64,000 nt of DNA from a virus. The stretch covers positions 1-64,000 of the IMG/VR virus record IMGVR_UViG_3300010346_000749; one strand, 5' to 3'. The first letter of the stretch is position 1, and the number at the start of each line of letters is the position of its first letter. The notes beneath the pieces were generated by a model, which worked only from the letters and a program-made list of their open reading frames with translations, was not told where the DNA came from and searched no databases. Below are positions 13,847-24,187 of the stretch, piece by piece. The position numbers were made by a program, and so were the translations under genes.

Positions 13847-16800
13847 ATGGATAAGAAAAATATTCGTAAGGAAGATTTGGAACTTCTTCAATCTATGATG
13901 GGAAATAAAAAGAAAGAGCCTTTGCAATACAAGGTTGGTGGCAAAAAAGGTAATGAAAATGAAAAGATTGGAAAAGATGTTGATACTTCCAAATTATTGT
14001 CATTTATTGAAAAAACATTGACCAAAGATTTGGTTAAAAAGTTTAAAAAATTAGGAATTGAAACGAATAAAACATACGAAGAATCAATTGAACAAATGGA
14101 ACTTCTTTTAGAAACGATGGATGAATTATTTTCCATTTCTAAAAAAGGAGCTCCACAATTGGCTTCTGCAGTGGCTTCTCTTGGAAAAGCTCAGAATCAA
14201 TTAATTCAAAGTGTTGAACAAACTTCCAATTCTTTTAAGAACATGCCAAAATCAATTGGTTCTAGTATTGATATGATTACGAATTCTGTCGGAAAACTTG
14301 GCAAGAATTTGAACAACATGAAAAAGAATGCCATTGAATCTTTTGATACTGCTGTTTCAAATAGTATGAATGCATTGGTTCGTGGAACAAAGAATCTTGC
14401 CATGGCAATTCCTGGCGTTAGAATGTTTATTGATATTTCAAAATCCATTGGTGGAATCTTTCAAAAAATAGGAACAAGTGTTCAAATATTTTCAGGAATG
14501 TTTCTTAAATTTGGAAGCAGTCTTTCAAATGGTATTAAGAGTATTGGAAAATTATTTGGTTTTGGTGGAAAGAAAGATGGAATTGAAAAGCCTGGATTAA
14601 CAAATGCTACTCCAAAATCATTAAGTGAACAATTCGTATTAAGAAAAACAGAAGTCGGTATGTCAATTTTCTGGTTGTGGAAACAAATGGAAGATCAAGG
14701 AAGGAAAAAGGAAAAAGGATTTCTTGCTAGTTTATTAGATAATCCTTTTATGTTGGCAATTGCTGCTATTGCTGGAGCCATATGGGGATTTGCTTTAGGT
14801 GCCATCAAATATATTAGAACAATGGGAATGATTCTTAAAGGAATGGGAATTGTAGATTTATTTCTGTGGCCATTTAAAATAATTAAAAACATTTTTATTT
14901 CAACTGTTGAGATTCTTAAAGGAACAGAATGGGGTCAAAAGATAATTGGTTTCTTTAAGAATATTGGAATTACATTTATGGATAAGTTTGATGATGTTGC
15001 CAAAGTTATTAAGAATTTTAAATTGGCAGATAAATTTCCTTTTGTTGGAAAGATTATGGAAATTGTTAAAGGATTATTTGGGCCAGTCTTTAAAATTTTT
15101 AAAGGATTAGGTAATGGCATTTTTAAACTCATTGGTGGAATTGGTAAAATTTTTAGTGGTGGTGTAGGATTATTTGGTAAAGTTTTCAAAACATTTGCTA
15201 GATTTGGTGGAGCCGTCTTTAAGGTTATTGCTTGGCCAATTACTGTTATTATGGGATTGATGGATTTCTTTACTGGATTTTCAGATGATAAAGCTGCTGA
15301 ATTGATAGGGAAATCAAAAGAAAATTTGACAATGTTTGATAAAATAACTTCTGGTGTTTGTAGTGTTATATCCGGTCTTTTGATTGGATTAATTTCACCA
15401 GAAGAAATTTACAATGGATTCAAAAGAGTTTATGATTTTATTGCAGGATTCTTTGGTATTTTTGGTAATGTCTTGGATTTCTTTGCTGGTAAGATATCTT
15501 TTACTGAAATGATTGAAAAAATGGGCAATAACATTAAAAAGATGTGGGATGCTTTTTCTGGTGCTATTTCATTTATATTTAATAAGGTCGGTAGCTGGTT
15601 GGAAACAATTGCAGGATGGTTGGGTTTTGGCCCTGAATGGAATTCATTTATTACAAGTATTAAAAGTGCTTGGGATTCAACCGTCGGTGTTATAACAGGC
15701 CTTTTTGATTGGATAGTTAATGCTTTCAATTGGATTACAAATTGGTTTACTGGTGAAATGAATAATTTAAAAGCTGAAGAACAAATTACAAAAACAACTC
15801 TACAAGCTAAACAAGGGAAAGATGGAACATATAATCTCAGAGATGCTGAAGAAGGTAAAGCTTTTGGCATTGGTGATCAACGATTTATAAAAAGAAATAA
15901 TGAAATATTTAGAATGGAAGCCTATGAAGTCAATCTTGGCAAAGGTGATAAAGAAACAAGATGGACAGAACAATCAACGGGTCTTAAAGTAGACGAACTT
16001 GGAAATTTGATAAATGAACAAGGTGTAAAACAATTAGACATTTCTAAAGCTACAGAAGAAAATATGGCTGATTTATTGTATCATGCTACAGAAAAGAATT
16101 CAATTTATACACATGATACTCATATGGAAGAATTATTAAATATCATGATTAAGAATCAACAAGAAGATTTACAATTACAATATGAGTCTCAAAAATGGAA
16201 TGAAGAAAACTTACCATCTTTACTTGGTGCACCAAATATCAATGTTGCTGTTGGTGGGCCAAATAGTAGCCAAATCAGCACTGTTCCTACTGGCAATGTC
16301 AATGTTGGAGATGGTTCTGCTTTGGGTGCTGTCATCGCTAATGAAGGTTGGTATGGTTCTGTTAATAAAAATGATAATGGTAAAGGTGCTTCTATTGGTA
16401 AATTGCAATGGAACAGTGGAAGGGCTAGAGACATTCTTTTACGTGTTAGGGAAGCTGATAGGGCTAAATTTGATCAAATGTTGCCACAGGTTGCTGCCTC
16501 TTTAGCAAATGAACAATTATGGGCTAGTGGAAAACGTTCTTTTACTACGGCTGAAGCTCAAGCATTTAATTCATATATGAAAGATAATACAAAAGCTCAA
16601 GCTATTATGGATGCAAAGGCCAGAGAAGATTTTGCTGGTTATATTCAAACAGGTCAAAGACGTGGCATTACTGATGAAAAGGCACTTGCCTTTTATGCAG
16701 ACCTTGCTAATCAATATGGTCATGGTAAAGAAGGTGGCACAAAGGGTGCAATTCAATTTATCAATAAAGCTCGTAGAATGCCTGGCGGGTTGACATTAGA

Positions 16801-17365
16801 AAATCTTTATGAAGCCACAAGAGGAACAGAAACAGAATATTTCAAGAGAAGAACAAAGATGTATGAAGTATTAAAAAATCTTCCTGCTGGATCAATGATG
16901 CCAACAATGGAAACGAATGCTGTTCCAAAAGCTGAATCATTAGATTTAACAAAAATTGTAGAAGGATTGGAAACATCTTCTGGCATGGTATTAAATCCAA
17001 TGGATTCTATAGCTCAAAGAATAATTAGTGAAAAAGGAATGAATACAAATTCGATTCGTGAAATTTTATCATCAATTCCTCTTTCACAAACACCTCCACA
17101 GGGCGATATGAAACAATTATTGAGTTCTCAATTTGAACAAGAGAAAAAATTTAAGGAAGAATTGGCACAAGCTGTTTCTAGTGGTGTTAAACAATCAATG
17201 CCAAAAAAAGAAACGACAGAAGTGCCAACAACAAAGAATACAACACCATCAACAAGTGCTGTAAATATGTCATCTCCAACAGATATGAATTTAATTCCAA
17301 TTTATGTTTTAGACTATTATTTTGGATTAAATATTTCATCTGGTGGCATCAAGTCTGTCATTTAA
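13847..17365 (+). CDS. tail tape measure protein with C-terminal putative muralytic-type domain
   Basis: 1172 aa. Coiled-coil N-part, then Gly/hydrophobic-rich central segments (AIAAIAGAIWGFALGAI). Position is between chaperone and baseplate genes. RBS AGAGGGG. Confidence 0.7.
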   Translation: MDKKNIRKEDLELLQSMMGNKKKEPLQYKVGGKKGNENEKIGKDVDTSKLLSFIEKTLTKDLVKKFKKLGIETNKTYEESIEQMELLLETMDELFSISKKGAPQLASAVASLGKAQNQLIQSVEQTSNSFKNMPKSIGSSIDMITNSVGKLGKNLNNMKKNAIESFDTAVSNSMNALVRGTKNLAMAIPGVRMFIDISKSIGGIFQKIGTSVQIFSGMFLKFGSSLSNGIKSIGKLFGFGGKKDGIEKPGLTNATPKSLSEQFVLRKTEVGMSIFWLWKQMEDQGRKKEKGFLASLLDNPFMLAIAAIAGAIWGFALGAIKYIRTMGMILKGMGIVDLFLWPFKIIKNIFISTVEILKGTEWGQKIIGFFKNIGITFMDKFDDVAKVIKNFKLADKFPFVGKIMEIVKGLFGPVFKIFKGLGNGIFKLIGGIGKIFSGGVGLFGKVFKTFARFGGAVFKVIAWPITVIMGLMDFFTGFSDDKAAELIGKSKENLTMFDKITSGVCSVISGLLIGLISPEEIYNGFKRVYDFIAGFFGIFGNVLDFFAGKISFTEMIEKMGNNIKKMWDAFSGAISFIFNKVGSWLETIAGWLGFGPEWNSFITSIKSAWDSTVGVITGLFDWIVNAFNWITNWFTGEMNNLKAEEQITKTTLQAKQGKDGTYNLRDAEEGKAFGIGDQRFIKRNNEIFRMEAYEVNLGKGDKETRWTEQSTGLKVDELGNLINEQGVKQLDISKATEENMADLLYHATEKNSIYTHDTHMEELLNIMIKNQQEDLQLQYESQKWNEENLPSLLGAPNINVAVGGPNSSQISTVPTGNVNVGDGSALGAVIANEGWYGSVNKNDNGKGASIGKLQWNSGRARDILLRVREADRAKFDQMLPQVAASLANEQLWASGKRSFTTAEAQAFNSYMKDNTKAQAIMDAKAREDFAGYIQTGQRRGITDEKALAFYADLANQYGHGKEGGTKGAIQFINKARRMPGGLTLENLYEATRGTETEYFKRRTKMYEVLKNLPAGSMMPTMETNAVPKAESLDLTKIVEGLETSSGMVLNPMDSIAQRIISEKGMNTNSIREILSSIPLSQTPPQGDMKQLLSSQFEQEKKFKEELAQAVSSGVKQSMPKKETTEVPTTKNTTPSTSAVNMSSPTDMNLIPIYVLDYYFGLNISSGGIKSVI

Positions 17366-17378
17366 GGAGTGAGATTAA

Positions 17379-19697
17379 ATGGGCTATAATGAAAAAGACA
17401 GAGATATGCCAACTACCCCAATTGTTAAACAACCAGAAAACCCTAGAACAAAAGATGTTGCTGGGTCAACAAATAAAACAAGTCCTAAGAAACCAGAACC
17501 AATTGCAGCTAAACCAGAACAACAAAATCAAAATAAACAATCTCCATCATCAGAAGCTCAGGCTTCTGGTGGTGGGGGTTCATGGAATCAATTTATTTTT
17601 GAAGACCCAACATCAAACAATTTTGGTAATTTTGCTAAGATTACCATTAGTGTTAATCAAACCATAACGATGAATTTTCAAACATCTTTATTCAGTGCTT
17701 TTACTTCAACAGGTTTGGATGGTTGTAAAATTGAATTACCATTGGACTCATCACAAACTATGAGTGATAGTGTTTCTGTTTCTTGGGCAAGAAAATCCGA
17801 TTCTACAACAGTGACACAAGCAGTTGAATATATGACAAATGATGATTCTGTTAATAAAGGAACACGGGCATTAGAAAGTGTTGGTATTAGTGGTATGAGT
17901 GGGGAATCAATTCGTAGATTTATGACCGAAGATTATAGTATGGGTTCCCTAATGAAATCTATTGATGTTCCATTTGTTATTTGGCAAAATAAATCAATGA
18001 CACCATCAAGGATAAAAGAAGGTTTAGGTTTATTACAAGGATTGATTTATCCCGGATTAATTGGTTTTATGTATCCACCATCTTTAACATTGAGTGTTGG
18101 CAATCTTTATAGAAAAATGAAAGGTAATCTTGCAAGTGTTGATTTACAATTTGATGATGGATGGCGTTCATTAAATCCAGGCACATCAGGCATCAATTTA
18201 AATGATGATGCTTTCCCAATGATAATTAGAGGAAAATTAAAATTTGTAAATCTCTTTATGTATATGTGGGACGCTTTGACGGAAGAATTAACACTGAAAG
18301 GAAAACCATGGATATTATTTGGTGATGAAAAAGAATCCCACTCTGGTGGATCATCAAATAGTGGTGGTGGAAGTGGCCAATCAAATGCACCAGACGATAA
18401 AAAACTTGGAACACCATCTGATAAGGTTGGTTCAACTTTAGGAAAAGCTGCTCCAACAATGGGATTGCCAACTGATGGAAATATGGGCCCAACAGCGATG
18501 AATCCAAATATGTTGCCTGGTGATGCCAATTTTGGTAATACTGGAATTGGTGGTGCCTTGAGTGGAATGACTGGCATAGGTGATAATATTGAAGGAATTC
18601 CTGAAATTGGTGGAGGCCTTGATGGAAGTGGTGTGGGTTCTATTTTTGGAGGGGATGATTCTAACCCCTTTGGAGCTGGGAATGACCCATTTTCAAAAAT
18701 CTTTGGTGGTGTCAATGACATTCTGAATGGTGGTATGGCTACAACGTGGGATTTTGCAAATGCTGTTCAAGGTGGTGGCCTGTTGAATGGTATGATGAAT
18801 ATGGACATGTCATCAATATCTTCTATTCAGGGAAATTTGCCAAATTTAATGAATATGAGTAATGGTCTTGGAAATTTATTGCCGTCAACATTAAATAATT
18901 TTAGTGGAAATTTAGGAATTGGTTCACTTGGACAAATAAGTTCATTTGGTAATTCTGGGGATGTTTTAAAAAATATTATGGGAAATTTAGATTCAAAAAT
19001 TAATAATTTGGGAGGTTTGGATAAATTTACATCCAATTTGCAGTCTTCGGGCAGTCTGCCAAAATTATTAAATCTCTCATCTGATAATGCTACAATGTTA
19101 AAAAATACTCTTCAAATGAGACAAGACTTATCAAAAGTTTCAGGAGTTTTAAAAGATTTGAGCAATAATACTTTATTAAAATCAACACCAACATCATCTA
19201 TTATTAATTCATTAAATGGTGGATTAGAAAATGTTGTTGGACTGATTGACAATATTAAAGATGGAAAATCGCCTGTAAATCCTTCAGAAGTCAAAAGATT
19301 ATTGGGAGGAACATTAGCTGCATCAAATAGTTCTGTTAATACTCTTGATAAAGTAGGTTCTATTATTGGTCAAACTTGTGAAAAAGTTCAAGAAAATAAA
19401 GGATTGGCTCCTGGAGCTGTTATTAAAAATGGTATCGTGTCATCTTTAATGAATGGTTCTGTTGCAAAAGATACAAAACAAATCGTATCAGCACTTAAAG
19501 GAATTTCGACCATTTTGGAAAATTCAAAAGAACAAATCGCTTCAAATAAAGAAGAAAAATTTGTTTGTCAACAAATTGCTGACACCATAAAAAGAAATGC
19601 CAGTAAGATCGAAACAAAAGCAACTTTGGTTGAATCACAATCAAATAATATTTTAAAAAGATCATCTGAATTATTTAGAAAAGGACTTGGGGAATAA
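17379..19697 (+). CDS. virion (tail/baseplate-associated) protein, function unassigned
   Basis: 772 aa, RBS AAGGAG, long Gly/Asn/Ser-rich low-complexity centre; located between tape measure and LysM protein. Confidence 0.55.
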   Translation: MGYNEKDRDMPTTPIVKQPENPRTKDVAGSTNKTSPKKPEPIAAKPEQQNQNKQSPSSEAQASGGGGSWNQFIFEDPTSNNFGNFAKITISVNQTITMNFQTSLFSAFTSTGLDGCKIELPLDSSQTMSDSVSVSWARKSDSTTVTQAVEYMTNDDSVNKGTRALESVGISGMSGESIRRFMTEDYSMGSLMKSIDVPFVIWQNKSMTPSRIKEGLGLLQGLIYPGLIGFMYPPSLTLSVGNLYRKMKGNLASVDLQFDDGWRSLNPGTSGINLNDDAFPMIIRGKLKFVNLFMYMWDALTEELTLKGKPWILFGDEKESHSGGSSNSGGGSGQSNAPDDKKLGTPSDKVGSTLGKAAPTMGLPTDGNMGPTAMNPNMLPGDANFGNTGIGGALSGMTGIGDNIEGIPEIGGGLDGSGVGSIFGGDDSNPFGAGNDPFSKIFGGVNDILNGGMATTWDFANAVQGGGLLNGMMNMDMSSISSIQGNLPNLMNMSNGLGNLLPSTLNNFSGNLGIGSLGQISSFGNSGDVLKNIMGNLDSKINNLGGLDKFTSNLQSSGSLPKLLNLSSDNATMLKNTLQMRQDLSKVSGVLKDLSNNTLLKSTPTSSIINSLNGGLENVVGLIDNIKDGKSPVNPSEVKRLLGGTLAASNSSVNTLDKVGSIIGQTCEKVQENKGLAPGAVIKNGIVSSLMNGSVAKDTKQIVSALKGISTILENSKEQIASNKEEKFVCQQIADTIKRNASKIETKATLVESQSNNILKRSSELFRKGLGE

Positions 19698-20068
19698 TGT
19701 GGAGTAAAGACATAAATCCAAAACCTTTAATTATTGTTGATGAATTAGAACATTCAAGAGACGAATCTAAACATCATCTTTCGTCTTATTGTAAACGATA
19801 TAAATTTGAAACTAAAATAAATATGTTTCAGAAATCATTATTTGTGCCAGAATATGTCAATGGAGAAAAAGCTCATATTGTTTTAAAGGCTGATATTAAT
19901 AGATTAGATTTAATATCATGGCAATATTATGCCACTCCTGAATTGTGGTGGGTGATTGCAGAAGTTAATAACATTGACCCATTCGAAATGTTTGAAGGTC
20001 AACTTTTAAGAATTTTACCATCACAATATTTGTTGTTGCAAGTTTTAAGATATACAAACAACAATTAA
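19697..20068 (+). CDS. LysM-like tail protein (P2 gpX-like)
   Basis: C-terminal LDLISWQYYATPELWWVIAEVNNIDPFEMFEGQLLRILP fits the LysM pattern; ATG overlaps the upstream TAA (TAATG). Confidence 0.6.
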   Translation: MWSKDINPKPLIIVDELEHSRDESKHHLSSYCKRYKFETKINMFQKSLFVPEYVNGEKAHIVLKADINRLDLISWQYYATPELWWVIAEVNNIDPFEMFEGQLLRILPSQYLLLQVLRYTNNN

Positions 20069-20081
20069 AGGAAGATTTTAA

Positions 20082-21860
20082 ATGGCACAAACATCAGATT
20101 TACTATTGAAAAAGTTTCAAACATTTATTGAATTTTCATGGTATAAGACAAATGAAGGGGATGAAACAAAGGTTGCTGAATTTAAGTATTCATTAACCCA
20201 ATATTCCCCTTCTGTCTATGCCACGATTGCCTGTTATATTCATGAAAGTTATCTTGAAAAATTTTCTGACATTGAAAAACTTCCTATTGAACAAAGAAAG
20301 GTTGAAATAAATTGTTTGCCTGAATTGTTCAGATGTGGAGATAATAAGAAAATGTTTTCAGGCCCTTGGAAATTTATTGTTATGAATTATCGAATTACAC
20401 CAAGGCAGGTTCATTTAAATACCGCTTATGGTCAAAATCCTGAATCCGATGCTATAAAGGGTGGAAATCATTATTTAGTTGAACTACAATGTTTGGATAA
20501 AGTTTTTTATAAAATGTCTATTAATGAAAAGTATAAATCATATCCTGGCAAAATATCTGACAATATTTCAAAAATCATTTCTGAAAATGGTGGTAAGCCA
20601 CAAATAACATCTACTGTTGGTGAATATGATTGGAATCAAACAAGGGAAACTGATTATACTTTTATTCGTCGAATGTTGCCTTATGCTAAAGATGGTTCTG
20701 GCAATGTTGGATTTGCTTTTTATTGTTATAATGAAGAAGGATTCTTTAAACCAATTGATGAATCAAAAAAGAATCCGACAAAAATATTTGTTGGTAATAA
20801 TCCAACAATTGTAGACAATAAACGATCACAAACAATAAAATCATTAATTGAAAAATTTGGAAGTCTGGATAATCTAAAGATAGTTGGGCCTGGCTTTAGA
20901 GATTTTGATGAAAAGAATCCTAAAAAGATGATTACTCAAGCCTATCAAATTGATAAAGTGCCTGGTCAAATGCATGATACCAAATCAAAAAAGATTATTC
21001 AGATTCCAATTGAAAAACAAGAAATGATGGAAACATTTGCTACTTCATTGAGGAAAGCTGTTCATAGATTTTCAAGAATCATTCAAGTTGACATTTATCT
21101 TGATACTGAAATTACACCATTGTCTTGTATTGAGATTATCAATACTGATAAAGATTATGAAAAAGAAAAATTGTTGGATGGTCTTTATTATGTAATTGAA
21201 GTTTGTCATAGAATTGGACTAGACCCAATGCAACCATTTTTTCCAATGACAAGATTGACATTATCATCTGATGTTGATTTTAAAGGAATGAAAACTCCAG
21301 AAGGCAAACCATTAGACAAAGAACAATCAAATACATCTTCTAAACCAAAAGAACCAGAAAAACCGAAGGAGCCAGAGAAACCAAAAGAAGAACCAAAAGA
21401 AAAGTCAGAAGAAGATAAAAAGAAAGAGTGTGAGGAAAAGAGAAGAAAAGAAATGAATGGAACTGAACAAAAATTCAAAAAGCCAATTAAAAGTAAACAA
21501 GGTCATACTTATACTTCTATGGCATCAAATGTTCCATTGAAAGGCACAGATTACAATTTTAGTGGTTGTGTTTCAGATAAAAAGACTGCCAAAGGGAATA
21601 ATATTTTGGATGGATACCAAACGGATTCATCTGGAAATGTCATGAAAATGTGTGAAGGTGGCACAACGCCCCCATGTGTTTATGATGTTCAAACAGGACA
21701 ATGTACTGATTTTGATGGTAATCCGATTGATAGGCCAGATGATTTAGACCCTTCATATACAAAAGATAATCCAAATCTTCAAAATGATTTGAATAAAAAG
21801 TATGAAGAATATGAAGATACTTATGAAAAGAAACAATATAAAACACCATGTCCAGATTAA
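20082..21860 (+). CDS. baseplate hub protein (gpD/gp27-like, by position) with KPE-repeat linker
   Basis: 592 aa following the gpX-like gene as in P2-type modules; contains KPKEPEKPKEPEKPKEEPKEK. Confidence 0.45.
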   Translation: MAQTSDLLLKKFQTFIEFSWYKTNEGDETKVAEFKYSLTQYSPSVYATIACYIHESYLEKFSDIEKLPIEQRKVEINCLPELFRCGDNKKMFSGPWKFIVMNYRITPRQVHLNTAYGQNPESDAIKGGNHYLVELQCLDKVFYKMSINEKYKSYPGKISDNISKIISENGGKPQITSTVGEYDWNQTRETDYTFIRRMLPYAKDGSGNVGFAFYCYNEEGFFKPIDESKKNPTKIFVGNNPTIVDNKRSQTIKSLIEKFGSLDNLKIVGPGFRDFDEKNPKKMITQAYQIDKVPGQMHDTKSKKIIQIPIEKQEMMETFATSLRKAVHRFSRIIQVDIYLDTEITPLSCIEIINTDKDYEKEKLLDGLYYVIEVCHRIGLDPMQPFFPMTRLTLSSDVDFKGMKTPEGKPLDKEQSNTSSKPKEPEKPKEPEKPKEEPKEKSEEDKKKECEEKRRKEMNGTEQKFKKPIKSKQGHTYTSMASNVPLKGTDYNFSGCVSDKKTAKGNNILDGYQTDSSGNVMKMCEGGTTPPCVYDVQTGQCTDFDGNPIDRPDDLDPSYTKDNPNLQNDLNKKYEEYEDTYEKKQYKTPCPD

Positions 21861-21867
21861 AGGATGA

Positions 21868-22161
21868 TTGAAAATGAAATATCAAAAATTTGTTAATCAT
21901 CCCGTTTTTGAAGATGGGATTGAAATTGGCAGATTTACAGGCCATATTTATGAAAATGGTATTAAAGATGGTGTTGTTTTTAAAATTGTAGAAGATGATG
22001 GTGAATGGATTGAACAATATGTCATTATCTATTTGAAAGACAATTTTGAAAGACCATATTATTTAAGAAATGATAAATGTTATCTTCAATTAACAAATGA
22101 AGAAGTAGATTTTATAAAACCATTACACATTAAAGCATTTCTACAATCAAGCAAAAGGTAG
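21868..22161 (+). CDS. hypothetical protein
   Basis: 97-aa ORF in the baseplate block; TAG stop backed by TAA two codons later. Confidence 0.55.
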   Translation: MKMKYQKFVNHPVFEDGIEIGRFTGHIYENGIKDGVVFKIVEDDGEWIEQYVIIYLKDNFERPYYLRNDKCYLQLTNEEVDFIKPLHIKAFLQSSKR

Positions 22162-22170
22162 GTGATATAA

Positions 22171-22800
22171 TTGCCAAATTTTTATGGTGTCTACGTTGGG
22201 AAAGTAGAAGACAACGAAGACCCTCTTAAAATAGGAAGATTGAAAGTAAGAGTGCCTTCCATATTTGGTGAAGAATCAGAAATACCAACAGATAAATTAC
22301 CTTGGGCTGATCCAAATTTTCCTTATGGTGGTTCTGATGATGTTGGATTCTTTTTTGTTCCTGAAAAGGAAGCCACTGTTAATGTTCTCTTTATTGGGGG
22401 AGATTCTAATAAACCTGTTTGGATAGGGTGTAATTATTCTCAATTTGAAACTTATGGAACGCCAAAACCGCCTGGTGAAGCGATGAGTAAATATCCAAAA
22501 AGAAAAGTTCTTAAAACAAAAGCTGGATATATTTGTTTTGATGATGAAGAAAAAAGTATTACAATCAAATCAGGTGGGAATAGTTCTTATTTTGGTATGT
22601 CTGAAAGAGAAATCGAAATTGTTCATGCTTCAGGAGCACATGCCACTATTAAACAAGATGGATCAATTGCAATGGAATCTCCAGAACAAATTAGACAACG
22701 TGATCCAAATACAAAAGCTCAATGGAATCTCATAAAACAAATTTGTCAGAAATTGGATATTCCAACGTCTTCTGCTGAACCATTTAAGGCCAAGACTTGA
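22171..22800 (+). CDS. baseplate spike OB-fold protein (gp5 N-terminal / P2 gpV-like)
   Basis: GVYVGKVEDNEDPLKIGRLKVRVPSIFG...LPWADPNFPYGG...VNVLFIGGDSNKPVWIG matches the gpV/gp5 OB-fold signature; TTG start; ends at the first of three in-frame TGAs. Confidence 0.8.
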   Translation: MPNFYGVYVGKVEDNEDPLKIGRLKVRVPSIFGEESEIPTDKLPWADPNFPYGGSDDVGFFFVPEKEATVNVLFIGGDSNKPVWIGCNYSQFETYGTPKPPGEAMSKYPKRKVLKTKAGYICFDDEEKSITIKSGGNSSYFGMSEREIEIVHASGAHATIKQDGSIAMESPEQIRQRDPNTKAQWNLIKQICQKLDIPTSSAEPFKAKT

Positions 22801-23007
22801 GGGGGCCCAAAAAGCACACCAAGCTGTAAAACCGAAATGCCTAAACCTATTAAATTTACAGGTGGGTGAGGGGGTTCACCGGGGCAAGTCTTGCCCAATA
22901 CTGGTGGCGGTTGACCGGCTGGTGGCGTATCCTCTGGATGGGGATATCCAAATGCACCAGAAATTCCAAAAGGAATTGCAGATAAATCTCAAGAATTAGT
23001 AAAAAAT

Positions 23008-23730
23008 ATGATTGATGCTGGAGCATGCGCTCCTGAAATGGATGGCATATTACAGAAAGCATTAAACGGAGAAAAAGAAGTGCCATTAGAATTGGGTGGC
23101 ATGTTTAATGGTATGTTAGATATGGGAAATAAATCATCTGGTGGATTATCAATTCCTGGATTTGAAGGTGATTTTGTTTCAAGTTCTGTTGATACGGCAT
23201 CAGATGCAAGTCAACAAATTGCACAAGGTGGTTTCCCATTACAATTCTTTGCTTCAAAATTAAGCATTTCTCCAAAATACGGAACCTTGATTGTTCAGGC
23301 AATGAATGAAACCATTAAATATAAGAATGAGGGATTATTTAAAAAGGATGAAATATTAAATCCTGATTTAATTCCCGATCTTACTCCTGAACTCTGTAAA
23401 AAATATACTGCACAATTAAAAACAGTTGAAATTGATGATGATACAAAAGACATAATGAGAAGTTTAGTTAAAAGAGTTGATCGTTATGAAAATGGTGATT
23501 CAGAATTAGGAATAGATAATAATGATCAAAATACAGGTGATATGCTTTATAAGGGAGATAAATACAAAATTTATCGTCAAGAGGGATTGACACAACTCAT
23601 TGAAGATAGTGATTCTGGCGATGATGATTCGGACAATGATGACGATGATACTACGCCAACGCCAGATTCAGGGTCTTCGACGTCTCTCAAAGATATGATT
23701 GTCATGGCATTAATTTTTGGAAGAAATTAA
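23008..23730 (+). CDS. hypothetical virion protein, acidic C-terminus; same frame as the spike ORF
   Basis: Frame is open upstream to the TGA at 22912-22914 and is the frame of 22171-22800; first ATG at 23008. Confidence 0.55.
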   Translation: MIDAGACAPEMDGILQKALNGEKEVPLELGGMFNGMLDMGNKSSGGLSIPGFEGDFVSSSVDTASDASQQIAQGGFPLQFFASKLSISPKYGTLIVQAMNETIKYKNEGLFKKDEILNPDLIPDLTPELCKKYTAQLKTVEIDDDTKDIMRSLVKRVDRYENGDSELGIDNNDQNTGDMLYKGDKYKIYRQEGLTQLIEDSDSGDDDSDNDDDDTTPTPDSGSSTSLKDMIVMALIFGRN

Positions 23731-23744
23731 CTTGGGTGATAAAA

Positions 23745-24167
23745 ATGAGCTATCCTTATAATTACATGTGGCCTATAGATCAATCAGTGGCGGGGCCAAT
23801 TGGCCCCGTCAATGGAATATTACCACCAGACGGACAGAATTATGCCAGTGTTCATGATACAAAATCGCCAAGTGAGGTCATTAAACAATCTATTCGAAGA
23901 ATATTGATGACTGTTCCAGGTGAAAGAGTTATGCAGCCTGAATTTGGATGTAAATTAAAAAGCCTTGTATTTGAACCAAATGATTCTGTTTTAGTTGGCG
24001 ATATTCATTATATTTGTAAAGAAGCTATTAAAAGATGGGAACCAAGAGTCATTGTTGAATTTATTGATATACAACAATATCCAGATCAACATGAAGTAGT
24101 AATTACAATAAAATATCTAAATAAGTTTGATAATGCAAGAGATATAGTCAGTCTTATGATAAGATAA
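23745..24167 (+). CDS. baseplate wedge protein, gp25/gpW family
   Basis: SIRRILMTVPGERVMQPEFGCKLKSLVFEPND...AIKRWEPRVIVEFIDI is the classic GPW/gp25 signature. Confidence 0.85.
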   Translation: MSYPYNYMWPIDQSVAGPIGPVNGILPPDGQNYASVHDTKSPSEVIKQSIRRILMTVPGERVMQPEFGCKLKSLVFEPNDSVLVGDIHYICKEAIKRWEPRVIVEFIDIQQYPDQHEVVITIKYLNKFDNARDIVSLMIR

Positions 24168-24187
24168 GGTAAGTGGTGAGATAAAAT

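Noticed and set aside
13888-19294. Numerous antisense and alternative-frame ORFs inside the tape measure and the following gene
   Set aside because: They are by-products of low-complexity, codon-biased coding sequence on the + strand, with no start context.
22159-22173. Possible TAG read-through fusing ORF 21868-22161 to the spike ORF, which is in the same frame
   Set aside because: A TAA follows two codons after the TAG, and the spike ORF begins at the normal N-terminus of its family.
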